This document shows positions 56,026 through 64,000 of a stretch of 64,000 bases of DNA, piece after piece. Every line of letters begins with the position of its first letter. Positions within the stretch are counted from its first letter, which is position 1. The stretch spans positions 16,868 through 80,867 of the forward strand of contig CAZVAJ010000003.1 of the NCBI GenBank assembly GCA_964625085.1, written 5' to 3'. The notes beneath the pieces are model-generated. The model was not told the origin of the DNA and made no database searches. It worked only from the letters and a program-made list of their open reading frames with translations. The DNA is from Candidatus Micrarchaeota archaeon. Its GTDB lineage: Archaea > B1Sed10-29 > JAJSAI01. A program made the position numbers and the translations under genes.

Positions 56026-56193
56026 TCAATTAGGCTGCTCTATGCTAACAATAATCCGAATCTTCTTTCCGGAGGAGATTTTGCCAAGTTCTCTTACAAG
56101 CTTGGGGATTAGAATGCGTCCTCTGGAATCTGGTACAGCAAGAAAACTAATCTGTTTTGTAGAAAGAGTTCTTCCTATTTTCGCACTCACCAC
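56026..56193 (-). CDS. small AbrB/MazE/SpoVT-like DNA-binding protein
   Basis: Manual translation MVSAKIGRTLSTKQISFLAVPDSRGRILIPKLVRELGKISSGKKIRIIVSIEQPN with the DxxGRIxIPKxxR signature. Below the ORF-track cutoff. Confidence 0.7.
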   Translation of the reverse strand: MVSAKIGRTLSTKQISFLAVPDSRGRILIPKLVRELGKISSGKKIRIIVSIEQPN

Positions 56194-56277
56194 TCATTGT
56201 TTTCCACCGGGAATAAACCGCAGAGAAACTATTTATTGCTTTCGTTTTGTGGGAAAAGAAAGAGTTAAAGGGGGTTT

Positions 56278-56586
56278 TTATTTTGCCAGCTTGTTAAGCT
56301 CACTTTGTATAATGTACTGTGCTACTGGGTATATTATTATCCAGAGCAGGAAGTACAGGATTGGGCTCTCATCCTTTTTCACGTATGTGGTAAATGCTTC
56401 GCAGTACTTCCAGAAAAAGTATATGTTCACTATTGGTATAAACGCTAGAATGAACGAGGGTACTTTTGCCCCTAAACTGTTGAGCTCTTCTTTTGTTTTA
56501 TACACCCAGTATAACCCGTAGATTCCAAGGGTCACCAGAGAGAGGATAACAACAACCAGTGGGTCTCTTTTTTGTATGTTAGCCAT
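56278..56586 (-). CDS. DUF4234-like membrane protein
   Basis: KRDPLVVVILSLVTLGIYGLYW...IQSELN. Confidence 0.8.
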   Translation of the reverse strand: MANIQKRDPLVVVILSLVTLGIYGLYWVYKTKEELNSLGAKVPSFILAFIPIVNIYFFWKYCEAFTTYVKKDESPILYFLLWIIIYPVAQYIIQSELNKLAK

Positions 56587-56651
56587 GTTATATCACCTTC
56601 CAATAATCAAATAGAAAGGGAAGAGGGTTTAAAAGGTTTTTTATCAAGTGT

Positions 56652-57902
56652 TTAGGAGACTTTTATCAGCCCACCTACTCTCTGAACTGGCTTGCGTTCT
56701 CTTCCATACCCTCTTCTATCCTGAGAGTATGCTGCAGGAGTTCTGCCTTTTCTTTGAGGTCTTCTGAAATCCACGTCACTTGTATTAAACTTAACTCTTT
56801 CAAGCTTTGGCACTTTTTCCTTTTGTATCTTGAAAGAGTGGCGGGAGGTTATTCTGTTGAAGTTCATGTAATCTTTTTCGCACACAATGTTCACAACCTC
56901 CCCTTTGCTTCCCATCCTTGCTGTTCTGCCTATCCTGTGCACGTATTCTTTAGGGTCTCTTGGCACGTCGTAGTTGAAGATGTGCTCTATTCCTGTTATG
57001 TCTATGCCTCTTGCTGCGACATCACTGGCAACCAGGATCATCTCATCCCCTCTCCTGAACTTTTCCATTGTCTGGTTTCTTTGCTTTTGTGTTAGACCGC
57101 CGTGAAGTTGCCATGCGTTAATTCCCTGTTTGCGCAGGTTGAATGAAAGCAAGGTGACTTCTCTTCGGGTGTTGCAGAACACGATTGCTTTTTTTATTCT
57201 CTTGGATTTTAGCAGAGAGAGTAGAAGAGAAAACTTTTGATTCTTCTGCACGTCATAGTACACCTGTGTGAGATACTGATTTTCAACGTATTCTTTTGTG
57301 CTTATCTCAACAGGGTCATTCATGTATTCTCCCACCAGTTCGAGTATGCTTCTGTTGAGCGTGGCGCTGAACAGAAGTGTCTGACGCTCATGAGGCACGA
57401 GGCCAAGCACTTTCTTCATATCATCTATGAACCCCATGTCAAACATCCTGTCTGCCTCATCAAATACCAGGTACTTGATCTTGGAAAAGTTTAGTGTTCC
57501 CCTTTCAGCATGGTCTAGTATTCTTCCAGGTGTTCCCACAACAACGCACGCGGTTTTCAGTTTTTCCACCTGCGGTCCTATTGCAACTCCCCCATAAACC
57601 GCTGTTATCGGAATTTTCTTGTACTTGGAGATTTGTTTCATGTGTGCAACTGTCTGTTCTGCAAGTTCTCTTGTGGGAACCAGAACAAGTGCCTGAATTC
57701 CTTTACCGTTTTCAATCAGCTCAATCAGGGGTATTCCGAATGCAGCTGTTTTTCCTGAACCTGTTTCAGACTGCACGATCACGTCTTTGCCTGCTTTTAT
57801 TACAGGTATTGTTTTTTCTTGTACTGGACTCAATGTTTTGAACTCCATTTCCTTAAGGGCAGAGCTGACTCTGTCCTCTGTCACGATATTTTCAATTTTC
57901 AT
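56652..57902 (-). CDS. DEAD-box RNA helicase
   Basis: TGSGKT, PTRELA, TPGR, DEAD, SAT, ARGID, HRIGRTAR. Confidence 0.96.
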   Translation of the reverse strand: MKIENIVTEDRVSSALKEMEFKTLSPVQEKTIPVIKAGKDVIVQSETGSGKTAAFGIPLIELIENGKGIQALVLVPTRELAEQTVAHMKQISKYKKIPITAVYGGVAIGPQVEKLKTACVVVGTPGRILDHAERGTLNFSKIKYLVFDEADRMFDMGFIDDMKKVLGLVPHERQTLLFSATLNRSILELVGEYMNDPVEISTKEYVENQYLTQVYYDVQKNQKFSLLLSLLKSKRIKKAIVFCNTRREVTLLSFNLRKQGINAWQLHGGLTQKQRNQTMEKFRRGDEMILVASDVAARGIDITGIEHIFNYDVPRDPKEYVHRIGRTARMGSKGEVVNIVCEKDYMNFNRITSRHSFKIQKEKVPKLERVKFNTSDVDFRRPQRKGRTPAAYSQDRRGYGRERKPVQRVGGLIKVS

Positions 57903-58012
57903 GTTTCTTACGCTCCTTTTTAGGCGGAAGCCAGTTCCCAAAAAACAACAGGCAATTGGTTTTGCGCTGGTTTGAGAAGTAGCCTCTCTTAACCTTCTGG
58001 TTATATTTTATC

Positions 58013-58555
58013 TTACAGGTTTATAAAATGTTCTATTATCTGTTTATTCCTTGCTTCTGGGTGAAATAGAACTCCGTAAACTGGTTTTTCAGCGTGCATT
58101 ATGCCTTGTACGCATTTTTTGCTTTCCGCGATCTTGACAAAATCTTGTGGCACGGTAACCGAAAGATTGTGAAGTGCGTACGCCTGTAAATTTCCGGCAG
58201 GAGCAAGAGCCGTGCTTTTAACCACCATAATATCAGTCATGCCTATTTCAGCAGTTTCTTTTACTATCCTTGCGCCGTTCTGTAACGCGATAACCTGCAT
58301 TCCGGCACATATTCCCAGCAAAGGCTTGTTGATATTTTTCACCCAGTCGAACCTGCTTAAATGCTCAAGGTACTCATTATCTTTCAGTTGAGTGCCGCAT
58401 ATTATTATCTTGTCTGAAAAACTTGTGTCATGCAAAGAAACCTTTTTGTAGTGGACTGTCCTGTAGTCGTCCATGCCCTGTATTATGTCAACAACAGGCC
58501 TAACAAACTCTTGCTCTGCAAGCTTGTTTCTGCACGTGCTCACAACAAGAATCAT
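58013..58555 (-). CDS. class I glutamine amidotransferase
   Basis: LGICAGMQ nucleophile and FHPE triad. Confidence 0.88.
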   Translation of the reverse strand: MILVVSTCRNKLAEQEFVRPVVDIIQGMDDYRTVHYKKVSLHDTSFSDKIIICGTQLKDNEYLEHLSRFDWVKNINKPLLGICAGMQVIALQNGARIVKETAEIGMTDIMVVKSTALAPAGNLQAYALHNLSVTVPQDFVKIAESKKCVQGIMHAEKPVYGVLFHPEARNKQIIEHFINL

Positions 58556-59226
58556 TCCAGAACAGCCCCCTTAACTGTATATTCTCCTGCATTGTTATTG
58601 TATGAAGTGGTGTGTTGCGTTATCTGAATTCTTTTTTTGAACATTGGACCATTCAACACAAGTGTTTCAAACTCTCCTCCTTCTCCTGCCGGGCTTATGC
58701 CATACTTTTCCTGGAGCGTGAGCAATTCTTCAACCGTTCTTTTGTCTATTTTTTTCCCAAGCCATTTCTCATCCAAGGGGTATGCTGAAATGCTTGAAAT
58801 GATTACCTCAAACTGTGCCTCAAGAATTTCCTGCAACACATTATCCGGCTTCATCTGCCATAATGGATTAAAACACCATAAGTCAAGCTCGTCGCAGATT
58901 CTCTGAGCACGGGATGCTTGGTAAACAGAGTTGATAGCTCCTGTCACCACTCCTTCTATCTCCCAAGTGTCAACTGCTTGTGATAATGCTTTTTTCAGGT
59001 CTTCTAGTTCAGATTCTTTTTCTCCTTTTGTTTTCATGGTAATCAGAGGAAAATCCATTGCTTTTGCCTGCAGGCAAACCATGTGTATGTTGGGCGTATG
59101 GAACATGTAGCTCTCAGGATTTGCGGACTCCAGGGTAATCAGACATCTTACCTTATCTGTTTGCATTGCCTTGCTCAGAGCAAGGCAGGAATCTTTACCT
59201 CCTGAAAACAGCACACCCAAACGCAT
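58552..59226 (-). CDS. dph6: diphthine--ammonia ligase (Dph6/MJ0570 family)
   Basis: FSGGKDS, SYMFHTPN, SVYQASR, PLW, GEGGEFET. Confidence 0.9.
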   Translation of the reverse strand: MRLGVLFSGGKDSCLALSKAMQTDKVRCLITLESANPESYMFHTPNIHMVCLQAKAMDFPLITMKTKGEKESELEDLKKALSQAVDTWEIEGVVTGAINSVYQASRAQRICDELDLWCFNPLWQMKPDNVLQEILEAQFEVIISSISAYPLDEKWLGKKIDKRTVEELLTLQEKYGISPAGEGGEFETLVLNGPMFKKRIQITQHTTSYNNNAGEYTVKGAVLE

Positions 59227-59518
59227 AAAAATGTTTATCAACAAGTGTTTATTAAACATCCTTTTCAGGGGAATTCAGGCACGGAGAAACGTTTAAATAC
59301 CCTTTGCTTAACAAAATAGTACAGTTGCAGTTGAAGTGCGGATTCTAGGGAAGCACGGATGCAAGTTCTTTGTAATGCAAGAGAAAGCAGGGGAGACCTC
59401 GCTTTCGATGACCATGTTATGAGGACCAGAGCAAGAGGTGTTATTGCACCTTCTCGGGTCTGATGCGAGCTCAACCCGGACAGGAAAGACCCTGCCAAAA
59501 AACAAAAACAGTAGGTCA

Positions 59519-61013
<1,495 letters not shown>

Positions 61014-63197
61014 TCCGTAAAAATTCCTGGCAGGGTCCCTGAAACCGTGGTTGAGCTCAAAAAACATGAGGACGCCAAAGCGATCCTTTGGTGTCTGAAG
61101 CATAGCAGGTGAGCACTTGACAATAACGCTCGCTTGTGATGATGCGCTGTAAGGACGGAATTAGAACAGGCTATTGCCATGTGCTTGGCCTTAACGGCGA
61201 AATTGCAAGGACGCCGTTTGGTGGATGGCTGGGCTTGAAGGCTGACGAAGGGCGTGGCAAGCTGCGATAAGCCCAAGGTAGGCGCACGCTGCCTTTGAAC
61301 TTGGGATTCCCGAATTAGCTCGCGAGGGCGGGGAACCCGGGGAATTGAAACATCTTAGTACCCGGAGGAAGAGAAAGCAACCGCGATGCCGTGAGTAGGG
61401 GCGACCGAAAGCGGTATAGGGCAAACCGAACCTCCTGCGGCAACGCAGTAGGAATGTGGTGTTTTGGGCTTGCTTTACTCCCAAAGTTCTTGCCTGAAGT
61501 TCCCTGGAACGGGACGGCTTAGAGGGTGAAACCCCCGTAAGGAGAGAGCGATGGGAGGATAGGCAGTGTCCCAGAGTAGTGTTGATTGAGTTCAGCACGA
61601 ACACGGGAGTCACCAACTCCTAACCCTAAATACGCTTCAAGTCCGATAGCGCACTAGTACCGTGAGGGAAAGTTGAAAAGTACCCCGGGAGGGGGATGAA
61701 AAGAGCCTGAAACCAAGCGGTCACAGGCGATGTGGCACAAAAGGTATCCTTGGCGAAGGCAACGAGTCAAGGTCATCCGGTGTCACATCTCTAGTCATGA
61801 AGCATTAGCCAGGGAGTTCACGGTTGTGGCGAGGTTAAGGAGTTCCGCTCCGGAGCCGAAGGGAAACCGAAAGCCCGCAGTCCTTTGGACGAGGGGCGCC
61901 GTCTGAAAGGGCGGTTAGTCACAGCCGTGAGACCCGAAGCCGGGCGAGCTACACCTGGGCAGGATGAAGCCGGATGACAATCTGGTGGAGGTCCGCAACC
62001 GTTGCTGAGATCACTTCGCTCGGGTGACCTGGGTGTAGGGGTGAAAGTCCAATCGAGCTCGGCCATAGCGGGTTCCCTCCGATATACCCCGTAGGGTAGC
62101 CTTGCCAGAGGCAGGTAACGCGGTAGAGCACTAATTGGAAAGTTAAGGGGAGGAATCCTCGGCTTTCCTGTTAAACTCCGAACGCGCTACCACCGTAGAA
62201 GGCAGGAGTCGGGGCGTGGGGGTAAGCTTCACGTCCGGAAGGGGAACAACCCAGCCCAAGGTTAAGGTCCCTAAGAGCTGGCTAAGTGTAAACTTACAAG
62301 GAAGTCTGTTGTCTTAGACAGTGGGGAGGTAGGCTTAGAAGCAGCCATCCTTTAAAGAAAGCGTAATAGCTCACCCATCGAGGCAACGGGCGCCGAAAAT
62401 GGACGGGACTCAAGTCAGCCACCGATACCTTGGATGTCAAGTGTTATGCTTGACAGAGTAGGAGGGCGTCCGGCAGGAGCAGAAGCAGGGGGGTAACTTC
62501 CTGTGGATCCTGTTGGAATGAAAATCCTGGTACTAGTAACAGCAAGAGAACGGTGAGAACCCGTTCCGCCGAAACGGGCCAGGGTTCCTCAGCAACGCCG
62601 ATCAGCTGAGGGTAAGCCGGTCCTAACCTCCAGCCCAACAGGCTAGGAGGGAAAGGGAAACAGGTTAATATTCCTGTGCCTTGACAGTACCTGCGGCGAC
62701 GCATGCCAGTCTTGTGACGCTTCGGGGTAGCCCGAGCACGACCGTCATCGTGTCTAACTAGGATAAGGCTCCGGAGTTCTGTAACGGAGAGAAAGAGCCT
62801 AAACCTGGGAATGGCCCGCGTTTGCGGGTTTGGGTGAGCCCTGGGGCCCATGAAAAGCAAGCTGGAAATGGGACCTGTCAAGACCGTACCGAGAACTAGC
62901 AGAAGTGCCCCTGGCTGAAAAGGCCTAGGCGCATCGGGCCAAAATCTCCTAAGGGAATTCGGCAAAATAGTCCCGTACCTTCGGAAGAAGGGATGCCTGA
63001 CTCCCGTTGTAGGATCTTATTCTGCAGTGGAGAGTTAGGTCGCAGTGACAAGGGGAGGGCGACTGTTTACCAAAAACACAGGTCTTCGCAAGGGAGCAAT
63101 CCTATGTACGGAGGCCGACGCCTGCTCACTGCCAGTAGGTGAAACCCGGGTTCAACCGGGCTAAGCCCTGGTGAAGAGCGGGGGTAACTCTGACCCT

Positions 63198-63945
63198 CGG
63201 GCAAAATTTTTTCGGAGCCCGTAAAAAGGGGGTCAATAAATCCGACTATATGCTGGGAACCATGATCCCGGCCGCTGCTGAGCAAGCGAAAACGCGGTTT
63301 GGGAAGTGAAGGTAATCAGCAGGAAACTGGAGGTGGTTGAATGTTATCAGAATACAAGAACATAATGAATCCAAATGACCTTCCAAGAAGACGCAAGGAC
63401 CTGCATTGGTTCATGGCAGGCTTTGCTGATGCAGAAGGTTGTTTCAGCGTGTCAGTGAAAAAGCAGGAAACCACCAGGTTCGGATGGGTGCTCGACCCCG
63501 TGTTCCACGTAACACAGCACAAGAACCACAGGAACATACTGGAGATCTTCAAAAGAGAACTTCAGTGCGGCAGGATAATACAAAAGCCAGGCCAGCCAGA
63601 AACTCTACAGTACATTGTAGAGAACAGAAGACAACTGGCTGAAAAAATTCTGCCTTTCTTCAGGAAGTACAAGCTAATAGCAAAAAAGAGAGACTACGAG
63701 CTGTTTTCAGAGATAGTCCAAGGAATGGAGAACAAAAAACACTGGACAAAAGAAGGGTTCAAGGAACTGCTTGAGAAAGCGTTCATGATGAACCAGCATG
63801 GAAAGCAACGGAAATATTCTTTGGAACACGTGTTAAGCAACCTCCAGGATCCTCAGAGGCCATACGTCGGACACCCTAAGAAAACGTAGAGAAACACGTT
63901 TTCATGTGACAAAGGGTGAAGATATGGTCCGCCGTCAGAACGGTG
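63198..63945 (+). mobile_element. group I intron at 23S position 1923 (E. coli numbering)
   Basis: Exon ends in U and intron ends in G. P1 TGACCCT/GGGGTCA with U-G at the splice site. P ATGCTGGGAA, Q AATCAGCAGG, R TCAGAGGCCATA, S AAGATATGGTCC. P3 TCCGAC/GTCGGA. P9 GCCGT-CAGA-ACGGT. Confidence 0.93.
63341..63889 (+). CDS. single-motif LAGLIDADG homing endonuclease
   Basis: FMAGFADAEGCFSV, FHVTQH, CGRI, ILPFFRKYKL, KKHWTKEG. GGAGGTG SD. Confidence 0.93.
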   Translation: MLSEYKNIMNPNDLPRRRKDLHWFMAGFADAEGCFSVSVKKQETTRFGWVLDPVFHVTQHKNHRNILEIFKRELQCGRIIQKPGQPETLQYIVENRRQLAEKILPFFRKYKLIAKKRDYELFSEIVQGMENKKHWTKEGFKELLEKAFMMNQHGKQRKYSLEHVLSNLQDPQRPYVGHPKKT

Positions 63946-64000
63946 CTTAAGGTAGCGTAATACCTCGTCGCTTAATTGGCGACTTGCATGAAGGGCGTAA

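Larger units (their letters stand above)
61210..64000 (+). rRNA. 23S rRNA (partial, interrupted by intron 63198-63945), 5' end approximate
   Basis: GGTGGATGGCT, GAATTGAAACATCTTAGTA, AGTACCGTGAGGGAAA, GGCTTAGAAGCAGCCA, GTAACTCTGACCCT|CTTAAGGTAGCG. Confidence 0.97.

Noticed and set aside
55913..56521. gatC N-terminal extension to 56029 and plus-strand ORF 56042-56521
   Set aside because: The extension reads through the tRNA. The plus-strand ORF is antisense to the AbrB-like and DUF4234-like genes.
63198..63945. BHB-type archaeal intron interpretation
   Set aside because: No terminal BHB stem was seen. U/G splice boundaries, IGS pairing and P/Q/R/S elements indicate group I.

Overview
A 64 kb segment of an archaeal chromosome. 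Gene content and the divergent 16S suggest a DPANN-type lineage, which is my inference. It is mostly housekeeping: rio1-KH-top6B-top6A, rpl21e-rpoF-DUF655-ksgA, pan, alaS, adk-ftsZ-secE-spt5-rpl11-rpl1-rpl10-rpl12, rps8e, gatCAB, three tRNAs and the start of an rRNA operon. The 23S gene is interrupted at E. coli position 1923 by a group I intron encoding a LAGLIDADG homing endonuclease. The most unusual items are: (1) an apparent RaSEA-ArcS fusion for archaeosine synthesis; (2) a second, structurally atypical tRNA-Asn sitting directly in front of gatCAB, behind a small AbrB-like gene missing from the ORF track; (3) an MC1 chromatin protein with a histone-H1-like K/R/T tail; (4) a single-repeat TBP; (5) an 806-aa tandem winged-helix-like array protein; (6) ThiI split into a THUMP/dead-PP-loop gene with a non-canonical start and a catalytic-only gene; (7) SepRS; (8) a dispersed set of orphan proteins with basic N- and C-terminal tails. 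No CRISPR array or IS element was seen. All calls come from motif recognition by eye, with no database searches.
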